Of a DNA stretch of 37,657 nt, positions 27,564-34,332 are shown one piece after another. The stretch spans positions 1-37,657 of the IMG/VR virus record IMGVR_UViG_3300037188_000089. One strand, written 5' to 3'. The translations under genes were made by a program, and so were the position numbers. The DNA comes from a virus (Duplodnaviria; Caudoviricetes). The first letter of the stretch is position 1. Each line of letters begins with the position of its first letter. The notes under the pieces are model-generated. The model was not told the DNA's origin and did not search any database. It worked only from the letters and a program-made list of their open reading frames with translations.

Positions 27564-27823
27564 CGTCGCCACCATTTCGGATAGCGTCGGTACGCGTGTT
27601 TTCGGCAACGCGCGACGTAGTAACCGTTCCAGATCGCGCAGCCGCACGGGCACGGACAGAAGGAGTCCCCGGTGTAAGGCGATGGCTTGACGCCCAGGTG
27701 CGCGCGTCTCATGCGCCGAATCTCTTCCCGCTCATCCAGTTCAGCAATCGCGCCAGCCACGGATGGCGACCGTGTATGTCGTGCGGGTAGAAGGGCGGAT
27801 GGAAGCGCCCACAGATCCGGCAA
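27560..27823 (-). CDS. Small Cys-rich hypothetical protein
   Basis: CPCPCGC..C..H; fills the gap between sigma and terL. Confidence 0.5.
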   Translation of the reverse strand: MPDLWALPSALLPARHTRSPSVAGAIAELDEREEIRRMRRAHLGVKPSPYTGDSFCPCPCGCAIWNGYYVARCRKHAYRRYPKWWRR

Positions 27824-27827
27824 ACCT

Positions 27828-28439
27828 TCATGCCGCTTTGTCCTCGCGCTCTAACTCTGTGCGCATCTTGCGTTTCGCGACCAGCAGCAGCTTATGCACG
27901 CGACTACGCGGAATCCGCCGCTTGGCCGCGATCTGCGTCAAGGATCGCCCGCCAATATGGCCATCGATCACCGCTCCTTCGGTGCGCGTCAACGTCTTGC
28001 GGGCGCGGCCGGCGTCGATGCAAACGACAACGCACTGCTCGCGGTCAATGAGTTCGTCAAGGACAGAAGAGCGATCGATCAGTATCTCAGGAAGGTCGGG
28101 GACGGGATCGATACGTGAGCGCTTGCGGCGGTCGCGCATAACGAACGTGTCCGGCTCTTCGCCGAGCCATTCGCCCGGCATCTGCACATAGCGCCGCGGA
28201 TAACGCGGGCCTTGGAAGTTGTCGATGATCGCGCCGTGAATTCGCAGGCTCGCCCAATTTGCGAAGGTCTTCCCGTGCCGTGGATCGAAGCGATCCGCCG
28301 CTTGGCACAAGCCAAGGTAGCCAGCCGCTAGAATTTCGTCCATTTCGATCCAACGTGGCAAGCGCCGCGCTTCATATCCTGCGATGTTCTGTACTAGGCG
28401 CAGGTGTGACGTGACGAGCTGCTGCTGCGCGGGCGTCAT
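27828..28439 (-). CDS. RNA polymerase sigma factor, FliA/WhiG (sigma28)-like
   Basis: Region 2: HLRLVQNIA..RRLP..DEILAAGYLGLCQAADRFDP..GKTFANWASLRIHGAIID; region 4 HTH: LTRTEGAVI..RSLTQIAAKRRIPRSRVHKL. Confidence 0.92.
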   Translation of the reverse strand: MTPAQQQLVTSHLRLVQNIAGYEARRLPRWIEMDEILAAGYLGLCQAADRFDPRHGKTFANWASLRIHGAIIDNFQGPRYPRRYVQMPGEWLGEEPDTFVMRDRRKRSRIDPVPDLPEILIDRSSVLDELIDREQCVVVCIDAGRARKTLTRTEGAVIDGHIGGRSLTQIAAKRRIPRSRVHKLLLVAKRKMRTELEREDKAA

Positions 28440-28792
28440 GCCGGCGCCACGCCGCCGTTATTCCACCAGCCGTGGCACGGGCAGGGGCAACTGCTCGCGC
28501 GGCAGTCAGGATGGTGGCCGATGTGGCAATCGGGCGATTTTAGCGATTCTGGCGGATTTCGGTCCTCGTAGAACGCGCTAGGATCAAACGCCGATGGGGC
28601 GCTGATAGTGCCAGGTGTCAGATTTAGCCGTCCGGCCTGCCGGTGCCCCGCGTGCCGGACGCGCTCGCACTCGCCGCGAATCGAACGTCGCAACGCCGGC
28701 AGCGCGACCGCAAGTTTTGTCAGCGCTGAGAGCGGCGCATCAAGTTCGATGCAAAAGCCTTTAGCCGTGCGGTATTCGATTCGACCGGTCAT
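28436..28792 (-). CDS. Hypothetical protein with C-terminal Cys/His cluster
   Basis: GGAG RBS, start MTGRIEY; DCHIGHHPDC..CPCPCH. Confidence 0.6.
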   Translation of the reverse strand: MTGRIEYRTAKGFCIELDAPLSALTKLAVALPALRRSIRGECERVRHAGHRQAGRLNLTPGTISAPSAFDPSAFYEDRNPPESLKSPDCHIGHHPDCRASSCPCPCHGWWNNGGVAPA

Positions 28793-28938
28793 GTAATCTC
28801 CCGTAGCTCCATCGTCGGCCGCTCGAAGCGTTTGCCTTCGTGCGGGCAACTGCTAAACGTATGGCCGTGCAAGAGAACTAAAGCGATGGTGTGGACTTCC
28901 ACTGTGTCGCCGGGCTTCAAAACCACAACTGTCTTCAT
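28789..28938 (-). CDS. 49-aa hypothetical protein, absent from the ORF track
   Basis: MKTVVVLKPGDTVEVHTIALVLLHGHTFSSCPHEGKRFERPTMELREIT; ATGA overlaps at both ends. Confidence 0.6.
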   Translation of the reverse strand: MKTVVVLKPGDTVEVHTIALVLLHGHTFSSCPHEGKRFERPTMELREIT

Positions 28939-29438
28939 TGCTTCTGTGCCTCGTTGTAGATCAGCGTTAACTGCTCATACGTCACAAGCCGCGGGCCGCT
29001 GTCTTCCGCCGGTGTGAGCTTGCCCGTGAGCTGGGCGATCAGTCTGTAGTTGTGGCGCGCCTGTGAAATTGCCTTAAGCGCGAGCCCAGCGTCCGAAACG
29101 AGGACGGGCCCCAGCTTCTTATCGAGGACCGGTGCGCCGTTTCGATCGAGCAACGGAACGCCGCGCAACGCCGTTTCCATGATGTGCTCGGTGACGGATT
29201 GCAACCGCTCGACGCGGTCGACTAGGTCGACGCCGATGGCTCGCTCTTGCCGTTCTATTGCTTTGGTGACGGCGAGTCTAGTACAATTCAGCTTGTGCCG
29301 GTCGAGCGTTCGCGCACATATTCCGTACAGATTAGCGATGCTGCGATTACTTTTCGTGGGATCGGCGAGCGCACGTTCGATGTGCGCACGCTTCGGATGC
29401 GCGCAGATTTTGCACGCTTTGCTGCTGACGATGGGCAT
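28935..29438 (-). CDS. Putative terminase small subunit
   Basis: CKICAHP zinc/HTH N-terminus (SNRSIANLYGICARTLDRHK), helical middle, ALKAISQAR..LIAQLTGKL; first gene of the packaging block. Confidence 0.6.
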   Translation of the reverse strand: MPIVSSKACKICAHPKRAHIERALADPTKSNRSIANLYGICARTLDRHKLNCTRLAVTKAIERQERAIGVDLVDRVERLQSVTEHIMETALRGVPLLDRNGAPVLDKKLGPVLVSDAGLALKAISQARHNYRLIAQLTGKLTPAEDSGPRLVTYEQLTLIYNEAQKQ

Positions 29439-29531
29439 AAGCTCGTTGACTCAACACTGCGCTTATCCGTCGAGCATAGCTACGATCCTGCCGCTAAAGT
29501 GATTGCCTGCGCCAAAGAGTAGACATCTTCC

Positions 29532-29572
29532 CTGTCAATACTGACAGCTTTACGTGGTGTCCCGATTGTCAG
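29532..29572. promoter_or_regulatory. TGTCA/TGACA operator-like cluster upstream of the TerS-like gene
   Basis: Palindrome CTGTCA-N4-TGACAG (29532-29547) plus GATTGTCAG (29564-29572). Confidence 0.5.
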
Positions 29573-29796
29573 GTTATGTCGATGAATTGCTCGCCAGCAA
29601 GGCGGTCGAGCGCTTCGAGCGACGGCTCATAGCCGCGAGCCCACGCCGTCGCACACACAACGCCCATAGCGAAAGCGTTCTCGAACGATGCCCCGGCGAC
29701 GAGTAGAGCAGTGACGCGATCGAGCGTCTCTTGCGCTGGGGTGTGCCGGCGAAGTTGACGCCGTTCTTTGTCGGTCAACTTGGGTCGGTCTAGCAT
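29569..29796 (-). CDS. Hypothetical protein
   Basis: Overlap-coupled member of a small-gene operon. Confidence 0.5.
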   Translation of the reverse strand: MLDRPKLTDKERRQLRRHTPAQETLDRVTALLVAGASFENAFAMGVVCATAWARGYEPSLEALDRLAGEQFIDIT

Positions 29797-30068
29797 TTGC
29801 TATCGCGATTGAGGGCGACTTGTCGCTCTACTTGCGCCGAGAGCAGCGAAAGGGCAGGCAGCGCGCGGAAGCGTACTTCTATGGCCTCGCATTCGGTAAT
29901 GCGGCGATACTCGCCGTCCGCGGTGCGCACGAAGTATATCCACGATTCGACAAGCTTCGGCGGCGACGGAATCGAGATCGTCTTCGCGCCCGGCACCCAT
30001 AGCAGCCGCTCGGGATCGAGCACGGCGGCGGCGATCATGCCGAAGAGGAATGAACGGCGGTTAGTCAT
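29790..30068 (-). CDS. Twin-arginine-leader mini-protein (third copy)
   Basis: MTNRRSFLFGMIAAAVLDPERLLWVPGAKTISIP leader. Confidence 0.7.
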   Translation of the reverse strand: MTNRRSFLFGMIAAAVLDPERLLWVPGAKTISIPSPPKLVESWIYFVRTADGEYRRITECEAIEVRFRALPALSLLSAQVERQVALNRDSKC

Positions 30069-30312
30069 GGCTCGGCCACAAGAGAGCGGCTTCTATGACA
30101 TGCGCGCGCAGGATGTGGCCTTTCATCACGGCGTCGATGCCGCTCGTGAATTCGCAGTAAGGACACTTGCTTTCGATATCAGTCAGTCTCATTTTGCGAC
30201 GGCGCAAGACCCCAGGCGCTTGATGCACGTCACAGTTCCCGTCTCCGTCGTGATCGCGTTCGCAGCAGCGTGTCGCAGCCGCGGCGTTTGCGTCTTTCGT
30301 TTCGTCGCTCAT
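30061..30312 (-). CDS. Small Cys/His zinc-finger protein
   Basis: CCERDHDGDGNCDVH and C2H2-like CPYC..HILRAH. Confidence 0.6.
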   Translation of the reverse strand: MSDETKDANAAAATRCCERDHDGDGNCDVHQAPGVLRRRKMRLTDIESKCPYCEFTSGIDAVMKGHILRAHVIEAALLWPSHD

Positions 30313-30392
30313 CGCTTTAGTTTACGGCGTTTCGGCTATCGGCGCGAGCGCGGATTCTGCGACACGGGAGACGCGGGAGGCGCGTTGGTGGG

Positions 30393-30533
30393 TCACGAGT
30401 GCCGTTCCAGTGTTTCAGCTAGTTCCTTACCCTCGCCCTTGCCGTTTTCAATACTGCCGAACCTGAGCACTATCAGGCTTTTGACTATGTACGCGAGCGC
30501 TTTGCAAAGCAGTTTGAAGTGCCACGGCTCCAT
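30393..30533 (-). CDS. 46-aa protein, absent from the ORF track
   Basis: MEPWHFKLLCKALAYIVKSLIVLRFGSIENGKGEGKELAETLERHS; TACACT -10 at 30547-30542, 8 nt upstream. Confidence 0.5.
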   Translation of the reverse strand: MEPWHFKLLCKALAYIVKSLIVLRFGSIENGKGEGKELAETLERHS

Positions 30534-30550
30534 TGTTTTTAAGTGTACTC

Positions 30551-30570
30551 ACTGAAACGAACGTTTCAGT
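30551..30570. promoter_or_regulatory. Perfect 9-bp inverted repeat with AA core (candidate res/crossover site or operator)
   Basis: ACTGAAACG-AA-CGTTTCAGT about 40 nt upstream of the serine recombinase. Confidence 0.65.
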
Positions 30571-30594
30571 CGAGAACAGCACGCGCGCACGCAC

Positions 30595-30608
30595 TCCGAC
30601 TAACCGGA
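30595..30608 (+). promoter_or_regulatory. TCCGACTAACCGGA motif copy 5
   Basis: Exact 14-mer 1 nt before the recombinase GTG. Confidence 0.7.
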
Positions 30609-30609
30609 C

Positions 30610-31299
30610 GTGCCACGAAAACCACGCGCCGAAGCCTACGTCGCCTACTACCGCGTAAGCACCGACCGCCAAGGCCAAAGCGGCCTCGGCCTCGAAGCGC
30701 AGACCGCCGCCGTCGCCCGGATCGCCGCACGTTGCCCCGTCGTCGCCGAATACACCGAAATCGAAAGCGGCAAGCAACACGCGAACCGCCCGCAGCTCCT
30801 CGCCGCACTCGCTCACGCCAAACGCCTGCACGCCGGCTTGATCATCGCGAAGCTCGACCGCCTGGCGCGTAACGTTCACTTTATAAGCGGATTGATGGAA
30901 AGCGGCGTGGAGTTCATCGCTGCCGATATGCCGGAAGCGAACCGACTCACGGTCCACATTCTCGCCGCGGTTGCCGAGCACGAACGCGAAATGACCTCGC
31001 AGCGCACCAAAGACGCGCTGCAAGCGGCCAAGGCACGCGGAACACAGTTGGGTAACCCGCGTTGGTCCGAGAGCTTGGCGCGCGCGCGAAGCGTCAAGAA
31101 CCCCAACGTGCCAAGCAAAGAGCTACTCGACCTGATGCGCCACCACCGAACCGCCGGCGAATCGTTCCGCGCGCTCGCGCGGCGCCTGAACGTGCTCGGA
31201 TTGCGGACGCCTGGCGGGTGCGAGTGGCACGCGAGCACGGTGCGTGCGGCGATCCTGCCAATTGTGAACGTTCCTACTTCGTCCGAATCGTCACGATAG
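30610..31299 (+). CDS. Small serine recombinase (resolvase/invertase family)
   Basis: YVAYYRVSTDRQ catalytic Ser, ESG..RPQL, IIAKLDRLARN, AEHERE..SQRTK..L..AKARG..LGNP, C-terminal HTH. Confidence 0.95.
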   Translation: MPRKPRAEAYVAYYRVSTDRQGQSGLGLEAQTAAVARIAARCPVVAEYTEIESGKQHANRPQLLAALAHAKRLHAGLIIAKLDRLARNVHFISGLMESGVEFIAADMPEANRLTVHILAAVAEHEREMTSQRTKDALQAAKARGTQLGNPRWSESLARARSVKNPNVPSKELLDLMRHHRTAGESFRALARRLNVLGLRTPGGCEWHASTVRAAILPIVNVPTSSESSR

Positions 31300-31524
31300 C
31301 GGCGGCGGCCGTGGCCGCAACGGCGCGCACGCCACGCGCTGCCGAACCATGTAGGCGTCCAACGCCGCAAGCGAAGTACGCCAGAGTTTGCTCTTCCGGC
31401 CCGTCCGCATGGCGGGGAGCAGGCCGTCTCGCATCAAACCACGCGCGGTGCTCTCACTGACTCCAAGCCTGAATGCGATCTCTTTCGGCCCCAGGAGCGG
31501 GAGCGGTTGCCGACTCAGTACCAA
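31291..31524 (-). CDS. Excisionase-like HTH (HTH_17/MerR-type) protein
   Basis: LLGPKEIAFRLGVSESTARGLMRDGLLPAMR.G..KLWR....LDAY; AAAGGGAG RBS. Confidence 0.85.
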   Translation of the reverse strand: MVLSRQPLPLLGPKEIAFRLGVSESTARGLMRDGLLPAMRTGRKSKLWRTSLAALDAYMVRQRVACAPLRPRPPPLS

Positions 31525-31539
31525 CTCCCTTTTAGATTC

Positions 31540-31743
31540 TCACTCTTTAGCGGTCTTCTTTGGCGCCTTCTTTCCCTTCCACCGGGCTTCGGACGCCTTC
31601 TTGGCTACCGCGCTACGCTGCTCCGGTGTCGTGGTGGCCCAACGGGCATCGTTCATCATGACGGCGTGCTCCCGCTTGTCTTCCACTGACTTACCCTTCC
31701 ATCGTTTTTTCCCCAGCGACACTGCCGCTTTGTCTTTACTCAT
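31540..31743 (-). CDS. Small basic protein with three ~20-aa xRW repeats
   Basis: AAVSLGKKRW / SVEDKREHAVMMNDARW / TPEQRSAVAKKASEARW; TATAAT 9 nt upstream. Confidence 0.8.
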   Translation of the reverse strand: MSKDKAAVSLGKKRWKGKSVEDKREHAVMMNDARWATTTPEQRSAVAKKASEARWKGKKAPKKTAKE

Positions 31744-31855
31744 GGCGTATTTATTATAGCGTCCTAGCGCTAGCCTGGGCTATCAGGCAAATCCTACCGT
31801 GCTTCTTTCGTCCTTGCGCTTGACAGGTTATCCATCCTAGCGCTACGATTGACTC
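31744..31855. promoter_or_regulatory. Divergent promoter switch with two TCCTAGCGCTA operator-like boxes
   Basis: Leftward TATAAT (31758-31753); rightward TTGACA (31820-31825)-N18-TACGAT (31844-31849); boxes at 31762-31772 and 31835-31845, one in each promoter. Confidence 0.8.
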
Positions 31856-31993
31856 ATGAGCAACAACTCTACAAACGGCGTGACGAACTACCGCCGCAGC
31901 AACACAGACTACTCGCGGACTGAGTTCGCGAAACAAAAGACTCTCCGTCTCCGCCAGGCGCGCCGCCGCAAAGCGCAGCAAGGACGTGCGTAA
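31856..31993 (+). CDS. 45-aa Arg-rich leaderless first early gene, absent from the ORF track
   Basis: MSNNSTNGVTNYRRSNTDYSRTEFAKQKTLRLRQARRRKAQQGRA; ATG 6 nt after -10; TAATG-coupled to the next gene. Confidence 0.75.
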   Translation: MSNNSTNGVTNYRRSNTDYSRTEFAKQKTLRLRQARRRKAQQGRA

Positions 31994-32394
31994 TGGAAAA
32001 CATCTGCAACGCGTGCAACGCGACAATCCAGATCGACGACGACGGCGGCGCGGCGTGTGACTGCGCCTCGCTCGCTCGCGCTTCTTACGACATTCCCTCC
32101 ACCTGGGACTTGACGGGCGCTGAACTTGATGCGCAGCGAAGCCGCTATCGCTACGCCTGCGACGCCAAAGCGTGTGGCGCATCCGGCCTGACGCTCGACG
32201 AAACGTGGAAATGCAAAGACTGTGGCGGGCTTTTCTGCGACGAACATATTCACTTCGTGGGCGGCTCAACACACGTGTGCGCGCCGTGCGGCGTCAAGCG
32301 CGCCGTACGCAACGCGGACGCGGAAAGCATCGAGTGGGACGCACCGCGCGAAGAGCGCTTCGGGTGCGGATATGACTGCGAAGGCGCGGCATAA
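31993..32394 (+). CDS. Cys-rich zinc-finger protein
   Basis: CNAC, CDC, CDAKAC, CKDCGGLFCDEH, CAPC (AN1/B-box-like spacing). Confidence 0.7.
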   Translation: MENICNACNATIQIDDDGGAACDCASLARASYDIPSTWDLTGAELDAQRSRYRYACDAKACGASGLTLDETWKCKDCGGLFCDEHIHFVGGSTHVCAPCGVKRAVRNADAESIEWDAPREERFGCGYDCEGAA

Positions 32395-32426
32395 AGGAAC
32401 CAAAGAGAACTTCGAGGGAAATTATT

Positions 32427-33011
32427 ATGGCAACTAGAGAAAAGATCAAATTTCAGACGGGCGTACCTGTCACGGTCCAGCTCGATTCGATTCGCGGAAC
32501 CGAAACGCCTAGCAATTTTGGCGATGGCAAAGAGTACCGCTTCTACTGCCGCTCGCGCGGCGAACTCAGCATGTTTTACGTGCCTGTCGATGGGCAAATT
32601 GCGATTACCAACTCAGGCGCGCGAGAAGGCGATGAGGTCCAAATTACGAGAACAACAAAGTCGGGCGGCTGGCTCGTTAAGCTTGTCTCCGACGCGGTTC
32701 TCGCCGTCAACGCACCGCTGCCCGGCCCACGGCTGCTCGCGCCATCTCGCCCGCCGGCGCCTACTCCGCTCCAGCAGGACGTGCAACGCCGCGAAGCGAC
32801 GCATACGCCCGAAGTGGTGGAAGAGTCCGCGCCGATCGGTACCGCCGCGCTCATGACGAAATGCCTGCAATGCGCGATTGATGTCCTGAGCGAAGCGGAA
32901 GCATACGCGATTCGGCTTGGCTGGGCACAAGAGCGCGTTGAGTTCAACGCCGAAGACGTTCGCGCGATGGCCAACACGTTCTACATCCAGAAAACGAAGG
33001 TGAGCTACTAA
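32427..33011 (+). CDS. Early protein, possibly OB-fold ssDNA-binding/recombination
   Basis: GAGGG RBS; beta-rich N-terminus (SNFGDGKEYRF, REGDEVQITR), Pro linker, C-terminal EDVRAMANTFYIQ helix. Confidence 0.55.
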   Translation: MATREKIKFQTGVPVTVQLDSIRGTETPSNFGDGKEYRFYCRSRGELSMFYVPVDGQIAITNSGAREGDEVQITRTTKSGGWLVKLVSDAVLAVNAPLPGPRLLAPSRPPAPTPLQQDVQRREATHTPEVVEESAPIGTAALMTKCLQCAIDVLSEAEAYAIRLGWAQERVEFNAEDVRAMANTFYIQKTKVSY

Positions 33012-33160
33012 TGGAAACGACTTGCTATCTGTGCGGCGAGCCCACCACGAGCGTCTGTGATGCGTGCGAGCGTCCCGTTTGTCACGATTGCTCAGCTAAT
33101 ATCCACTCCACGTCGGGCGAGACGCGGCAGTGCGAACCATGCCGCCAAGGAGCGTGCTAA
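33011..33160 (+). CDS. 49-aa B-box-like zinc-finger peptide, absent from the ORF track
   Basis: METTCYLCGEPTTSVCDACERPVCHDCSANIHSTSGETRQCEPCRQGAC; TAATG coupling, abuts ATG 33161. Confidence 0.75.
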   Translation: METTCYLCGEPTTSVCDACERPVCHDCSANIHSTSGETRQCEPCRQGAC

Positions 33161-33739
33161 ATGGCGACTCCGTTTCCCTTCCCTGTCACCGCCCGCAAGC
33201 TCGCGCCTGCGCCCGGCATCCGGAACCCAGCGCTTTACGCCAACGTCGCAGCCGCCGGCCCGCAGCTCGTACCGGACGTGCCAGCGAAAGGCGCCGCGGC
33301 GCACAAACGCGCGGCCGTGTCCGAGCACGCCGCCGAAGCGCTGCTTAAGCGCAAAGTGCAAACCGCTAACGATGCGCTCAATTACATCGAGGCGCAAACT
33401 GACAATCTTGACGCAGAGATCGCTGTCATCATGGCGCGCAAGAAAGCGCTAACGAAACGTTTCGCACGAGTCGAAGACGCCGCCATCAAATTCATGGAGA
33501 CTAACGGCCTCGCGATGATCGAAGGCTATCGCTGTACGTGGTCGACGGCGCAGACGCCCGAAGCGCTGGACGTGTTCGACGAGACGAAAGTGCCGAAGAC
33601 GTACATGAAGGCAGGCAGGACACCGCCGCCGGCACCCGACAAGAACGCGATCAAGAAAGCGCTCAACGGCGACGCTGAACTTGTTCCGTCCGACTGGGGA
33701 TGCAAATTGACATCGCGCACGAAGTTGAATCGCAAATGA
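33161..33739 (+). CDS. Siphovirus Gp157-like protein
   Basis: Coiled coil LDAEIAVIMARKKAL, then TPEALDVFDETKVPKTYM..PDKNAIKKAL..GCKL. Confidence 0.8.
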   Translation: MATPFPFPVTARKLAPAPGIRNPALYANVAAAGPQLVPDVPAKGAAAHKRAAVSEHAAEALLKRKVQTANDALNYIEAQTDNLDAEIAVIMARKKALTKRFARVEDAAIKFMETNGLAMIEGYRCTWSTAQTPEALDVFDETKVPKTYMKAGRTPPPAPDKNAIKKALNGDAELVPSDWGCKLTSRTKLNRK

Positions 33740-33855
33740 TGACCCTAATCGCCGTCCTAGCAGCCATCGAGCTTCTGTGCGCCCTCGCGGCCTTCGTCTT
33801 CGAGCGCGGCGACGATCCGCGCTTCGCGGAGGACCGCGAGGGCTACCGCTCTTAA
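33736..33855 (+). CDS. 39-aa single-TM peptide, absent from the ORF track
   Basis: MMTLIAVLAAIELLCALAAFVFERGDDPRFAEDREGYRS; ATGA coupling. Confidence 0.5.
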   Translation: MMTLIAVLAAIELLCALAAFVFERGDDPRFAEDREGYRS

Positions 33856-33859
33856 TCTC

Positions 33860-33895
33860 CCTTGCGAGAGTGTCTCACCACTCCCGCAAGGTTTT
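33860..33895 (+). terminator. Intrinsic terminator-like hairpin
   Basis: CCTTGCGAGAGTG/CACTCCCGCAAGG 13-bp stem (one mismatch) followed by TTTT. Confidence 0.6.
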
Positions 33896-33957
33896 AGCGA
33901 CCGTCCGGAGACGGCTGCACTGATCCACAACAACCAACGTTTAAAGGAAGAATTATC

Positions 33958-34251
33958 ATGAACCTCAAAGATTATACATATAAAGCCGGCGTGTGCCTGC
34001 TCGCTCTCTCCCTCAGCGGTCTTTTGCCCGCGACTCCAACCGCACCAGCGCGCATGGATAAGTCCATCTTGGACTCAAAAACCATCTTCGTCCCGAAGCC
34101 CATCTCGGCGAACTGGAATCCGGACGCCAAGGTTATCTCGCCGGCCAAACAACAAGAGGCAATGGGCCTTATTGGTTGCGGGATCATGATCGGCCTCTTT
34201 GGTCCGCTCGTCTGGTTCGCGATCAAGAACGACTGCTCGTGGTCGCTCTAA
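33958..34251 (+). CDS. Exported/membrane protein (signal peptide plus C-terminal TM)
   Basis: AAAGGA RBS; GVCLLALSLSGLLPA leader; MGLIGCGIMIGLFGPLVWFAI helix. Confidence 0.7.
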   Translation: MNLKDYTYKAGVCLLALSLSGLLPATPTAPARMDKSILDSKTIFVPKPISANWNPDAKVISPAKQQEAMGLIGCGIMIGLFGPLVWFAIKNDCSWSL

Positions 34252-34261
34252 CCAACACCCT

Positions 34262-34300
34262 GACCTCGCGAGGGCGTTTCAGCGCCCCCGCGGGGTCTTT
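34262..34300 (+). terminator. GC-rich hairpin (terminator or stabiliser)
   Basis: GACCTCGCGAGGGCG/CGCCCCCGCGGGGTC 15-bp stem (one G-T pair, one mismatch) then TTT. Confidence 0.5.
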
Positions 34301-34332
34301 ATCCACAACTAACCGCCAAGGAGCAATTTGCC

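Noticed and set aside
1101-30608. 14-bp repeats as a CRISPR array
   Set aside because: Copies are kilobases apart with no regular spacers and no cas genes
30448-31023. 191-aa minus-strand ORF
   Set aside because: Antisense shadow of the serine recombinase
30610-31524. IS607-like or Tn3-like transposon
   Set aside because: No TnpB or transposase, no terminal repeats, and the HTH is C-terminal rather than N-terminal
33856-33957. tRNA or known riboswitch
   Set aside because: Only two simple hairpins; no cloverleaf, T-loop or recognisable aptamer (Infernal/Rfam would be decisive)
34299-34307. DnaA-dependent origin
   Set aside because: One perfect box and one variant about 380 bp apart, with no box cluster or AT-rich unwinding element
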